DNA from: Ascoidea asiatica JCM 7603
Lineage: Eukaryota > Fungi > Ascomycota
Assembly (NCBI GenBank): GCA_001600695.1
Contig: BCKQ01000002.1
Location: 1,075,184-1,139,183 of the forward strand
Direction: 5' to 3'
DNA: 64,000 nucleotides
Position 1 is the first letter of the stretch. Every line of letters begins with the position of its first letter. Below, piece by piece: positions 48,279 to 58,929 of the stretch. A model generated the notes under the pieces. The model made no database searches, had not been told where the DNA came from, and saw nothing but the letters and a program-made list of their open reading frames with translations. Both the position numbers and the translations under genes were made by a program.

Positions 48279-51200
48279 CTATTTAGGAACAACTGGTTGA
48301 ACAGATATATCATCAACTACTTTGTTTGATGATAAAGCGTCAGATCTCATGTCAAAATCTGAATGTGATTCAGGAGAAGGAATTTCTGGATTTTTAAATT
48401 TTGCAATCAAATTTGCTCTCTTTTCATCTTCAAGAGCTTTAGCCTTCATGATTTCTTCTTCTTTGATTTTCTCAATTTCAGCTAATTTTTCTTTTTGTTT
48501 TAAAGCTTCTTTTTCCTCAGCTAATTCAGCTTCATGTAATTTAGCTTGTTCTTGTTCTAATATTTGCTTTTGCTCTTTTTGAGCTGACAAATTCAATTGC
48601 ATTTCTTCTTGCTCTTTTTCAAGTCTTAAACGTTCTTCTTCTTCTTTTTGTAATATTAAACGATTTTCTTCACGTTTTGCCTCTTCAAGTTTTGCCATTT
48701 CAAGTGTTTCTTTTGCACGTTTTTCTTCTGCAATTCTCTCTTGCTCAAGCCTTTCTTCTTCAAACTTTTCCTTTTCAAGTCTTTCTTTCTCAAGTTTCTC
48801 TTCTTGAAGTTTCTCTTCTTCAATTCTTTCTTTTTCTAAACGTTCTTCTTCTGCAAGTCTCTCTTTTTCAATACGTTCTTCTTCTGCAATTTTTTCCTTT
48901 TCCAAACGTTCTTCTTCTGCAATTCTTTCTCGTTCTATTCTTTGTTCTTCTTCAATTCTTAACTTTTCCAATCTTTCTTCTTCTGCAATTCTTTCTCTTT
49001 CCAACCTTTCTTCTTCTTCAATTCTTATTTTTTCTAATCTTTCTTCTTCATTTTTCTTTAAAAGTAAAATTTCTTTTTCATTTTGATCAATTAATTTTTC
49101 ATTTTCAAATTTTTCTTCATTTAATAAATTAATTTTATCTTCATAAGAAATTTCTTTTGATTCAGGTTCTTCAATTTGTGGTTCTTCATTAATTTTTTCC
49201 AAAGGTTCAGTTTTATTTGCTGAAATTATTGGAATTATAATATTATTATTATCAATATTTGTATCATTAATTTCAGAAGTATTTAAAATATTTGAATTAT
49301 TTGAAAATTTATCAATTTCTTTTTGATTTTCTTCAATTTGATTAGAATCTAAAATACTATCAATTTGTTTATTTGAATTAGGATCTAAAGTAATTACATC
49401 ATCAGTTTTAGCATCAGCATCAGTATTAGTATTTGAAACTGAAATATTTTTTTCAGCTTCTAAAGTTCTAAGTTTTTCTAATTCTAAAATTTCATTATCA
49501 ATTTCAATATTTCTTTTATTTAAAGAATTGATTTTATCTTTTAAATTATTTGTATCATAAATAAATAAATTTTCTGGAGTCATTTTTGATCTCTTTTCAG
49601 ATTCTAGTTTATTTTTTAAATTAATTGAATCAATTCTAATTTTTTCTTTATTTAATTTAAATTGATTTAAAATTTCATTAATTTTATCATCATGAATTTT
49701 TTTTTTATCAATTTTAAAAAATTCATGATTTTCTTTTAATGAAATTATTGAATTTTTTAAAAATTTAATTTCATTTTCAATATTTAAAATTTTTAAATTA
49801 TAATTTTTTTCTAATTTAATAAATTTTTTATCTTTTTTATTTGTAATTTTTTCTAATTTATTTTGATGTTTAATTAATTTTAATTGTTTTTTATCATTTA
49901 AAATTTCAGATTGTTGAGATTTTGATAATTTTGAATTAATTTCTAATTTATTAAAAACTGGTAATAATCTTAATTTTGCAATTGAATAAATATTACCTTT
50001 TGATTGAATTAAACCACCACCTAAATCAATTTTTTCATCATTATTATTTTGTAAATTATCTAATTCATTTATAGTCTTTGATTTTTCAATAGTTATATTA
50101 TTATTATTATTATTATTATCACTAGTTAAAGGAACTTCATTTGTAATAATAGTTGATTGATCATTTACAGGATTATTCAGTGGTTTTTCAAATTGACTTT
50201 CATTTTCTTTTTCATTTTCAATGTTAGTTTCATTTTCAATTTCATTTTCATTTTCAATTTTAGGTTGTCTTGGATTTGTTGTTTTAAGTAAATTATCAGT
50301 TACAGCATGAATTATTGTAGTTGGAACAGTTTTTGAAGAAGAAGTTGTATTATTAGTTGCCATTGAAGTATTCACGATATCATTATTGGTAGAATTATTG
50401 ATTACTTGAGAATCATTGATAATTTGATCATCATCAAATTCCGAATCTTCTTCCTCTTCATCTTCGTCGTCGTCGTCGTCATCATCGTCGTCATTTTCTT
50501 CTTCTTCTTCTTCTTCTTCTAGATCATTTTCATCTAGAACATCTTTTTCTTTTAAATCATTTTGTACATCACTTTGATTGATAATTTTATCAATATTATT
50601 AGGTTCAATAATTGAATTGATTGTTTTATCATTTTTTGAATCAAGAGAAGTATCTGGATTAGTATTTGTATTTGGATTAGTATTAGTATTAGTATTAACT
50701 GGAGAAATAATTGTACCATTATTTTGATCAATTGATGGAATTAAAACTAAATGATCTTTTTCATTACCTAAAGATTTTTGAATTTCAGATTCAGATTCTT
50801 TACCAGTTAAATCATTTTGATTAATACTTTTTTCATTATTTAAGTCATTATTAATAGAAGTTGAAGTTGGAGTTGGAGTTATAGCAATAGCTGGATGTAA
50901 AGATTTATTTTTTGATTTTGTTAAAGAAGATAAAGTTCTTTTAACACTACTAAAATTTTTTTGATTATTTGATTTTGATTTCAAAACTGGAGGTACATAA
51001 ATTTCACTTATTGTTTGAGAAGATCTTTTTGAATTTGATCTTGATGCAGAATTTATATTTGAATTTCTAAAATTTGATTTGAAATGTTTTGCATCTTTTG
51101 GAGTATTTGAATTAATTGAATTATTTGAGATTGAAGTTGAAGTTTTAGAAATTGAATCTTTAGAATTTAAAGAAGTTGGAGATGTTGTTTTTTCTTTAGA

Positions 51201-51290
51201 AGTTGAATCATTTGTAACAAGTTGAGATAAGTAAGTTAATTTCTTTGGAGGTTCTGGATTTAAAGCTGCAAATGGATCGTGTTTTGGCAT
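48279..51290 (-). CDS. Eisosome1-domain coiled-coil protein (Eis1/Ykl050c family), divergent
   Basis: KIDLGGGL....IYSIAK.RL.PVF resembles the Eisosome1 core; long E/K coiled coil with ~11-aa EEERLEKERIA repeats. Confidence 0.6.
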   Translation of the reverse strand: MPKHDPFAALNPEPPKKLTYLSQLVTNDSTSKEKTTSPTSLNSKDSISKTSTSISNNSINSNTPKDAKHFKSNFRNSNINSASRSNSKRSSQTISEIYVPPVLKSKSNNQKNFSSVKRTLSSLTKSKNKSLHPAIAITPTPTSTSINNDLNNEKSINQNDLTGKESESEIQKSLGNEKDHLVLIPSIDQNNGTIISPVNTNTNTNPNTNTNPDTSLDSKNDKTINSIIEPNNIDKIINQSDVQNDLKEKDVLDENDLEEEEEEEENDDDDDDDDDEDEEEEDSEFDDDQIINDSQVINNSTNNDIVNTSMATNNTTSSSKTVPTTIIHAVTDNLLKTTNPRQPKIENENEIENETNIENEKENESQFEKPLNNPVNDQSTIITNEVPLTSDNNNNNNNITIEKSKTINELDNLQNNNDEKIDLGGGLIQSKGNIYSIAKLRLLPVFNKLEINSKLSKSQQSEILNDKKQLKLIKHQNKLEKITNKKDKKFIKLEKNYNLKILNIENEIKFLKNSIISLKENHEFFKIDKKKIHDDKINEILNQFKLNKEKIRIDSINLKNKLESEKRSKMTPENLFIYDTNNLKDKINSLNKRNIEIDNEILELEKLRTLEAEKNISVSNTNTDADAKTDDVITLDPNSNKQIDSILDSNQIEENQKEIDKFSNNSNILNTSEINDTNIDNNNIIIPIISANKTEPLEKINEEPQIEEPESKEISYEDKINLLNEEKFENEKLIDQNEKEILLLKKNEEERLEKIRIEEEERLERERIAEEERLEKLRIEEEQRIERERIAEEERLEKEKIAEEERIEKERLAEEERLEKERIEEEKLQEEKLEKERLEKEKFEEERLEQERIAEEKRAKETLEMAKLEEAKREENRLILQKEEEERLRLEKEQEEMQLNLSAQKEQKQILEQEQAKLHEAELAEEKEALKQKEKLAEIEKIKEEEIMKAKALEDEKRANLIAKFKNPEIPSPESHSDFDMRSDALSSNKVVDDISVQPVVPK

Positions 51291-51997
51291 TTTTTAAATT
51301 TGAATAGCAATTATTTTATGTTACAGTTTGATAATAAGAATAAGAATAAAAATTAAAAAGAATTGAAATGAATTGAAATGAAATGAATTGAATTGAATTG
51401 AATTGAATGTTTTATAAATTATACCTTTATTTTTTTATATTTACTTCTGTATTTACTTCTTTGCTTGTTGTGGATGTATCGGTATTTGAGCTTGTTGATA
51501 AAGATGCCATAAAGATGCCATACAAAGATGTCATAGGGGTCGTGCAAGAGGGCGTGGAAGTGGTCATCGAAGGCAATGTCGACAGACACAACTGCCGCTG
51601 CTGCGTAGAAGTAGCGCTGCTTCCACCGGACGGCAATTCCACCTGGAACTCGGGCCCATTTCAGCTGTTTCAGCTATTTCACCTGCCTTCCCAGCCCCGG
51701 TTGCTTGCTTGCTTGAGGCTTGAGGCTTGCTCCCTTTCTCGGATCCAGGTGGCTGGCTCAATAGATAAAACAATAAATCCATAGGCCTGGTAGTACCGCT
51801 TAACTGGTAGATCCATGCTGCTGGCTTAATGCATAACTACTTCAATTAACATCACAGTACATTTTTATACATTTTATAATTTCCGCCTTATTTCACCACG
51901 TGCCGCTAATTTCCATACTCCGGCCCTGCTCTTCCGGCTCTTCCGGCTCTTTTTCGCTGTTTCTGGCGCTGGTGTCGATTAAAAGCACTCTCCAACG

Positions 51998-52005
51998 TTA
52001 CCCGG
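51998..52005. promoter_or_regulatory. Reb1 site TTACCCGG
   Basis: Exact consensus about 200 bp upstream of ATG 52206, followed by a TATA-like sequence. Confidence 0.5.
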
Positions 52006-52205
52006 GGCCCTAATATATCTTATCAAAAGTGAATATTAATCAATATATTATTTTTATTATTATTTTGTTTATATTTCATTCAATTTCCTTAAATAATATC
52101 GAATAATTATTCATTTATTATTCAATCAATAATCAATAATTTATAATAGATACTTTAATAGCTATAATAATCAACTCATAAAGAAAAGAAATTAATTTTA
52201 TCAAA

Positions 52206-53159
52206 ATGGAATCAATTCAATCTCTATTTGACAATTTAAAACCTTTTACTCATTATTTATTTGAGAAACCAAGTGAATTTAATGAAATTGAAAATAATTT
52301 TTTCTTAGATATTGGAAATTATATATTTGGTGAAACTTGTTTTAATGATTTATTTATAAATTTAAATTGGTTAAAAGATTCAGAAATTTCTTCAATTTGT
52401 AAAAATCAATTCAATCAAATTTTTTTAAAATTTTTTATATCTTTATTATTTGGAATTTCAAAATTTCCAATAATTTTAAATATTTTAAAAATTAGTTCAA
52501 TTGAGAATATTTCAATTTTTGAAAATTTATTTGAATTTTTCTCAATTTTATTTTTATCTTCTTTTAATTTTAGATATTCTTCAATTTCAAATTATAATTA
52601 TGAATTAATTTTTTTAATAATTCAAATTTTAATTATAATTATTTTAATTATAATTTATAAAAAATATTTTCATTTAATTAATTTAATTTTAAGTTCTTTT
52701 GCATTTATTTTATATTCCTTTTATTCTGATCCAATTGGTAATTTAAATAATCCATTTCCAATAATTTTATCTGAAAATTTTTCTTTTTTCGCAATTTCTT
52801 ATTTATCATTTTCTTTTAATTTAATTAGTAAATTTTTTAATTATTTAAATTTAATTAAAATTATTAATAATAATAAAAAAATTTATTTAAATAATATTCC
52901 AAATGAAAATTATAAAAATTATAAAAATTTAGATTTTATTCATAATTCAAATTTAATAACTTTATATGCTTCTTTAATTCAAATCTTTCATCAATATAAT
53001 TATTTAAATATTTTTAATTCAAAAGATTTTTATCAATTAATGTTATTTGCTTTAAATATTTCTAATTTCATAAATTCAATAATCTCAATTATTTTTTGTG
53101 TTTATAATGAAAAAAAAATTAAATCTTATTCTCAATCTCAAAAGAAAAAAGATATTTAA
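52206..53159 (+). CDS. Multi-TM protein resembling MPDU1/Mpu1 (PQ-loop family), degenerate
   Basis: GETCFNDLF..IC..ISKFPIILNILKISSIENIS parallels the MPDU1 N-terminal Cys pair and KVPQI.K...KS..GLS; the PQ motif reads PI. Confidence 0.55.
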   Translation: MESIQSLFDNLKPFTHYLFEKPSEFNEIENNFFLDIGNYIFGETCFNDLFINLNWLKDSEISSICKNQFNQIFLKFFISLLFGISKFPIILNILKISSIENISIFENLFEFFSILFLSSFNFRYSSISNYNYELIFLIIQILIIIILIIIYKKYFHLINLILSSFAFILYSFYSDPIGNLNNPFPIILSENFSFFAISYLSFSFNLISKFFNYLNLIKIINNNKKIYLNNIPNENYKNYKNLDFIHNSNLITLYASLIQIFHQYNYLNIFNSKDFYQLMLFALNISNFINSIISIIFCVYNEKKIKSYSQSQKKKDI

Positions 53160-53443
53160 TTTAAAAATTTTCATCATTAATATATACTGTATATAAAAAT
53201 AAGCAAAAAAAAAAAACTAATACAATATAAACAACAATCAATAAATAAATATCTATTAATATTCTCTATAATCTACAAGCTATATTTCTCATTCTACAAT
53301 TTGTAAGTAAATTTAAATTATTATTTAGTTAATTAATTTATTATAAAAATATTTATATATATATATATATATATATACTAAAAAGGTAAGTTAAAAAAAA
53401 GGTGATAAAAAGGAAATAAAAAGGAAAATATATTTTAATATGA

Positions 53444-55015
53444 TCATTTTGGAGCTTCAACATCTGTAAAACTTTCATCATCGGAATTATTTCTGGAAAT
53501 TGGTTTTGTTTTATCTAAATTATTTTCTTTTTCACTTTCTTCTAAATCATCATCTTTATCATCATCACTATTATAATCACATTCTGAACCACAATTTGAA
53601 TCACATTCTGAATGAATTTCTAAATCCATTTCTGATTCACTTTCTGAATCTGAAGTAAATTCTTCATCTAAATAACCTTTTTCTTTAAAATTATCAAAAT
53701 CTTTTCTTGATCCAAAATAATAAAGATTTTGAACATTAATTGTTGGCATAAATGATTCATCAAAATCTTTTGAATTGAACATATGTGGTGGATGAGAATG
53801 TGGACCATGAAAGTTAGGATGAGGGCCATTATGATGTTTAAATGGTGAAGGAGGTGGATGTGGAGGATGTGAAAAATCATCAGATTTTGATCTTGGACCA
53901 AATCTACCACCAAATTTAGGTCTTGGACCACATCTTGGTCTTCTTTCATTTTCCTTTTCAAATCTATGAAAATGATGATTATGAGGTGGTGGTGGTGGTG
54001 GTGAATGTGATCTTAAATGAGGACGTCTATAATGTCTGGATCTTGATTCAAATTTGGGAGCATGTTTAAAGCCAAATCTTGGTCTTCTTTCTTCTTCTTC
54101 TTCTCTTTCAAATGAATGAAAAGGTGGTGGACGAATATGACCATGTGGAGATGGAGGTGGATGTGGTCTTGATGCTGGATGATGTGGGGGTGGAGGAGGA
54201 TGATCATATAAATCATCTGAATAATTCTCATGTCTTGGTCTTGGTCTTGGTCTTGAATGATAATTTGAATGTCTTTCTTCATTTAAATCGAAAAAAGGAG
54301 GTGGGCCTGGGGGGCCTGGAGGTGGTGGTGGAAAAAAAGCATCTAATTGATTTTCAAAGCCAAATTCGGTTTCATAATCTGAATCACGTCCTGGTCTAAA
54401 TCTAGGATGAAATCTTGGTTGGAATCTTGGTCTTCTTTCATAGTGTTCACCGAATGAATGGAAACCTGAAGCTGGTGGAGGAGGAGGATGAAAAAAATCA
54501 GAGTTACCAAATCTATCATGACCTCTATCATGAAATCTATCATGAAATTCACTATGAAAATCATCATAAGATTTGCCATGAAATCCACCATGATGTTTAT
54601 CATGAAATCTACCATGATGGTCACCATGATGTCTTGGACCACTAAAAAATTGATATGATCTTGGAGGGAAATCATCAAAATCATGAAATCTAAAATCTTT
54701 AAAACGATCAGGAGTAAAACGGGGACCAAAATTTCTTTCAAAGTGATGATGTGGTGGATGATTTCCGTGATGACCTTTATGATGTTTACCTGAGGATTCT
54801 CTATGTTTATCTCTTTTTTGCTTTGAGTGTTTTAAATCATCTTTGTTAACCTTTTCATTTGAAACCATCTCTTCTTCTTTATCATTTGCATTTTCAGTTG
54901 GTTTTTCAGTGGCTTGTTCTTTTGATTTTTCAGACTTTTTAGATAAATTTGAAGAAGTTGAAGAGTTTAAATCTTTTGAACTTAAATGTTTTTCTATTTC
55001 GGAAATTGAAACCAT
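53444..55015 (-). CDS. Orphan His/Pro/Arg/Phe-rich low-complexity protein with an acidic Cys-containing tail
   Basis: 523-aa uninterrupted ORF with A-rich start context; FHD/FHG repeats, poly-Pro runs, RP repeats and CDSNCGSEC. Confidence 0.8.
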   Translation of the reverse strand: MVSISEIEKHLSSKDLNSSTSSNLSKKSEKSKEQATEKPTENANDKEEEMVSNEKVNKDDLKHSKQKRDKHRESSGKHHKGHHGNHPPHHHFERNFGPRFTPDRFKDFRFHDFDDFPPRSYQFFSGPRHHGDHHGRFHDKHHGGFHGKSYDDFHSEFHDRFHDRGHDRFGNSDFFHPPPPPASGFHSFGEHYERRPRFQPRFHPRFRPGRDSDYETEFGFENQLDAFFPPPPPGPPGPPPFFDLNEERHSNYHSRPRPRPRHENYSDDLYDHPPPPPHHPASRPHPPPSPHGHIRPPPFHSFEREEEEERRPRFGFKHAPKFESRSRHYRRPHLRSHSPPPPPPHNHHFHRFEKENERRPRCGPRPKFGGRFGPRSKSDDFSHPPHPPPSPFKHHNGPHPNFHGPHSHPPHMFNSKDFDESFMPTINVQNLYYFGSRKDFDNFKEKGYLDEEFTSDSESESEMDLEIHSECDSNCGSECDYNSDDDKDDDLEESEKENNLDKTKPISRNNSDDESFTDVEAPK

Positions 55016-55955
55016 TTTTAAATTAAAATTATTTGATTTGATTTGTTTTTTTGTTTTGTTGTATGATTATTAATATTGAAGTTGATATTAATTTATTAAA
55101 TGTGGAAACAGCAGGGAATAATTAAAGCAGCTATTAATTTCTTTGAGTATAATAATAAGTAATATATTATTTAAATTAAACTCTTTTGAATAAAATAAAT
55201 TGTTAGATATAATTTAAATGAAAATAAAAATAAAAACAAAAATGTAAAACAGGGGATTACTTCTCTCTTTTATATTATTTTACAGTTCCAATCAATCACC
55301 GAAGAGATTACGTTTTCCCCTACAAAATTTATTGTTTTTCTCTCAAACAAGGCTAAATGACCGAAACTTAAACAAAGCCTGCTGCGTGACCACTTTCCTG
55401 GCGGCGTCATCAAATGCCGGAAGGCTTCTATTCGCTGAAATTTTGATTGCCAAAGTTACAAAGCCAATAGAAACTTGTACCGGCATCTAATTTGCAGGCC
55501 TTAAACAAGGCTTGGACTGGAATGCCGGATGACACACCGTCGGCATTTCAATTTCAACTCTTTTCCGCAAACTCAAATTTCATGAAAAGAAAAGAATCGA
55601 AAATTTATTTCGCAAAATTGATTTCAAAACCCATTTCAATACTCAAAGATATTAATCAAAACTTGGTGATATTGCTTTAAGAAATGGCATTTTGAGATCA
55701 GCTCTGCTTTCAATTTCATATTGGAAGCTGAATTAGATATTTATTGTATCATAGTTATATTTGTCTCAGGAAAGTTAGGATGATCGTAGTTATCAAAAAT
55801 GCGATTTAAAAATATTAAAAGATTTCATACACTTTTTGGTTTTTGTTTGAACTACTTTATATAAAACTACAAAACTTTTCAAATTCTCATTATATCGTCA
55901 TTATATTGTTCTTACTTATATATATATATATATATATATATTTTATATAGATTTA

Positions 55956-58232
55956 TCAATAACTAAAGCATTCTTCATGAAAATTAAATCCACAATCTTC
56001 TGCCCAGATTCTAGTTTTTTCAACTAAACCTTTTGGTCCAACACCAATTACCCAAACATTATCTAAATTAGTTGAATTATTATAATTATTACTTTCTCTA
56101 CAACAAACAGTACCATTTGAATTAAATATTGGTCCAGCACAAGTATTTTGTATACACCAATTATATTGTGTAATACCTAAATTTGGTCTACCTTCATAAA
56201 TTTTAATTTTTTTAATAATTTCCAGCATACTCATTCCAACTTTTGTTAAATTTAAATTTGGATCAATTTTGAAAAAAGAAGTTTTTTGCCTTAATTCTTG
56301 ATTTTTATAATTATTATTATTATTATTGTTATTACTTAATAATGATGAACATTCTCTTGAATTTTCATAATTTTGATTTTCTTCAATATTAATATTAACA
56401 TTATCTGCATTAGTTCCTTCAATATTAGAACTATCGTCATCATCATCATCTTCATCATATTCATTAAATTCAAATTGTTTCTTACTTATCAGACTATGCA
56501 AACTTGGTTTTACATTGAGGAAATTTATTTTGCTATTGATATTATTCTTATTATTATTATTATTATCTTGGTTGTTAATAGGATATGATCTTGGTATATT
56601 TCCAGAATTAAAAGTTGAATTATAATTTGTATTAAAACTTGAGATTGTTGAATAATTAATTTGATTAGTTTGAACAATTGAACCATAATTATTAAAATCA
56701 ATTTCTTGAATAGAATTATCATTATAATTTTCATCTAAATGAAAATCACAATGTTCAATAATTGGATCATTAAAATCTTCATTATCATTAAATTCTTCAT
56801 TGTTTTGATCATTATCAATATCATTAAATGCTTCAGGATTAAAATTATTTAAATTTTTTATTGAAGTTACATAAACTTCAATTGAATCTAAATCAATTAA
56901 ATTAAAAAATCTAAAAATTCTTAAATCATTTTTATCTTTTATTACATAAATAATTTTTGTTTCAATACCTTTTATACTTAGAACTCTTAATAAAGGTAAA
57001 GCAAATGAAATTCCAGAACCTCCAACAACCATTAAAACTCTTGAAGCAGTACATTTATAATCTTCACAAAATGAGATTATATTTTTCTTTTTCTTTGATT
57101 GAATATTTATATTTAAAGGATTTTTTTTATAAGATAAAAATTTCAATTTTGGATCATATAAACCAGTTATATAATAATTTGAATTATTTATAAATTTAAA
57201 ATTTGAAATTCTTGTAATTAAAATTATTGAATTATCAGCAGGTAAAGAAGCAATTGTATATGGATGAGCTAAAGGACAAATAAATCTATAAAAAAAATTT
57301 TTTATTGGATTTTTATAAAATTTCATAATTCTTAAATGAGAACCAGGTAAAAAATTATTTAAATGATTAAGATTATTTAAATTTAATTGATTTATTGGAA
57401 TTTTAATAATATTTAAATTTGAAGAAATTTTTTTTGAAAATAAATTAATTTTAATTGTTGAACTTAATCTTAAAAAAATTTGATAAGATAATATAAGTAA
57501 ATTTAAAATAGTTAAAATATTTACATTTGGTTTTGAATGTAAGAAAATTGAAATTATTGAGATCCAATTGAATAAATAATGTAAAAAATAAAAAATTTTA
57601 AAATTTTTTTTTCTAAAAAATTGTAAAGAAGATATAATTATAATTATAAATGAAATAAATGCTAACCAACCGAAGATATTAGTATAATTGAATATTTTTT
57701 TTAATTTATTTGAAATTAAATATAATTTAAGATATAATAAAATATGTAAAAAAGATTGTAAAAAAATTAATCTTGCTAACCATTTATGAATTGGAATTAA
57801 ATTTAAATATAAAATATTTGGTAATGGAGATGGTCTTAAAGTTAATAATAATAAAGTTGGTAATAAAGAAGCTGAGACTCTACCTAATCTTTTTGCTAAA
57901 AATGATAAATCATTTTCAGTTTTTATTAAAGATAAATAAGATATATAAATTAACCAAAATAAAATAATTTTAAATATATTAAAAGGTAAAAATTGAACTT
58001 TTAAAATTGATAGCAGTTTATTTAAAAATTTATTTAATTTTTTTAAAGGTTTATTAAATATTTTTAAATTTAATAGATATTTTAATATTGGATAAATAAA
58101 TATTATTAAAAGTAAAGTGAGATATAAAGTTATATAACCATATTTTTGAGTTATACATCTTCTATAATTTTTATAATTTGAAGTTATATTATAATTTGAA
58201 CAGTCAAGAACTGGTATAAAGGAATAACTCAT
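55956..58232 (-). CDS. FRE8: Ferric reductase-like transmembrane oxidoreductase (Fre8 type)
   Basis: KRLGRVS..LTLRPSPLP..YL.LIPIHKW (heme His), HPYTIAS (FAD), GGSGISFALP (NADPH) and C-terminal FHEECF. Confidence 0.82.
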   Translation of the reverse strand: MSYSFIPVLDCSNYNITSNYKNYRRCITQKYGYITLYLTLLLIIFIYPILKYLLNLKIFNKPLKKLNKFLNKLLSILKVQFLPFNIFKIILFWLIYISYLSLIKTENDLSFLAKRLGRVSASLLPTLLLLTLRPSPLPNILYLNLIPIHKWLARLIFLQSFLHILLYLKLYLISNKLKKIFNYTNIFGWLAFISFIIIIISSLQFFRKKNFKIFYFLHYLFNWISIISIFLHSKPNVNILTILNLLILSYQIFLRLSSTIKINLFSKKISSNLNIIKIPINQLNLNNLNHLNNFLPGSHLRIMKFYKNPIKNFFYRFICPLAHPYTIASLPADNSIILITRISNFKFINNSNYYITGLYDPKLKFLSYKKNPLNINIQSKKKKNIISFCEDYKCTASRVLMVVGGSGISFALPLLRVLSIKGIETKIIYVIKDKNDLRIFRFFNLIDLDSIEVYVTSIKNLNNFNPEAFNDIDNDQNNEEFNDNEDFNDPIIEHCDFHLDENYNDNSIQEIDFNNYGSIVQTNQINYSTISSFNTNYNSTFNSGNIPRSYPINNQDNNNNNKNNINSKINFLNVKPSLHSLISKKQFEFNEYDEDDDDDDSSNIEGTNADNVNINIEENQNYENSRECSSLLSNNNNNNNNYKNQELRQKTSFFKIDPNLNLTKVGMSMLEIIKKIKIYEGRPNLGITQYNWCIQNTCAGPIFNSNGTVCCRESNNYNNSTNLDNVWVIGVGPKGLVEKTRIWAEDCGFNFHEECFSY

Positions 58233-58929
58233 TTTTGAGTATTATAAATAAGAATATGGATTAAGAAATATTGAATTTAAGAATATTGAATAGAATATGT
58301 TATAGAATTTTGAGTGCTTGATACTCGTAATATATATATATTATAAATTAATGATTAATAATTAATAATTGAATAGTTTTATTCGGTTTTAGAACCAGAT
58401 TGAATCAGGAATAAACACCATTTGGAAGCGAATACGAAGCAATAGATTGATTAGATAAAATGGATGATCTTGTCTTAGACTTGTGGATACTAGTGCAGTA
58501 GAAGTTATGTGTTCTTGGTCTAGTTTTATCTCTATGATCTATCTGATTTCTCTGATCTCTCTGATATATTCTGATCTATTTATTCTGAAATACACCTTTC
58601 TTGAGTTTTGTATGGGCCTGTCGAGATTCGAGGAGGTGCGAATTACGAGAGAAGAAACCGGGGCTGCTCCGCGTGCTCGGCCGCTGCCACCGCCGCCGCA
58701 GATGCTTTAGATAAGGCTCGGAGACTGCTTCCTACGGGCAGTTGCCGGATTAGGCAATAATCTATCAAAAGGTATAAGCACCAGACACAGACACAGAGAC
58801 AATTACAAGAAATAAAGAATGAAATAAAGAATGAAATAAAGAATGAACTATGGAATGAGAGACTGATACAGTTTATAAGGAGAAGAAGTACTAAAATGAC
58901 ATAATGAAGATAAATAACCTAGACCTGGA

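Noticed and set aside
51407-51784. GC-rich ORFs on both strands between the EIS1-like and MPU1-like genes, suggesting a foreign insert
   Set aside because: No recognisable protein; similar GC-richer islands occur in most promoters here; no TIR, LTR or TSD
53668-54741. Several overlapping or antisense ORFs within the His-rich gene
   Set aside because: Shadow frames caused by repetitive His/Pro/Asp codons
55521-55547. GCCGGATG..CGGC palindrome resembling an enterobacterial REP
   Set aside because: Eukaryotic context and the rest of the REP consensus is missing; treated as a CGG-type TF site pair
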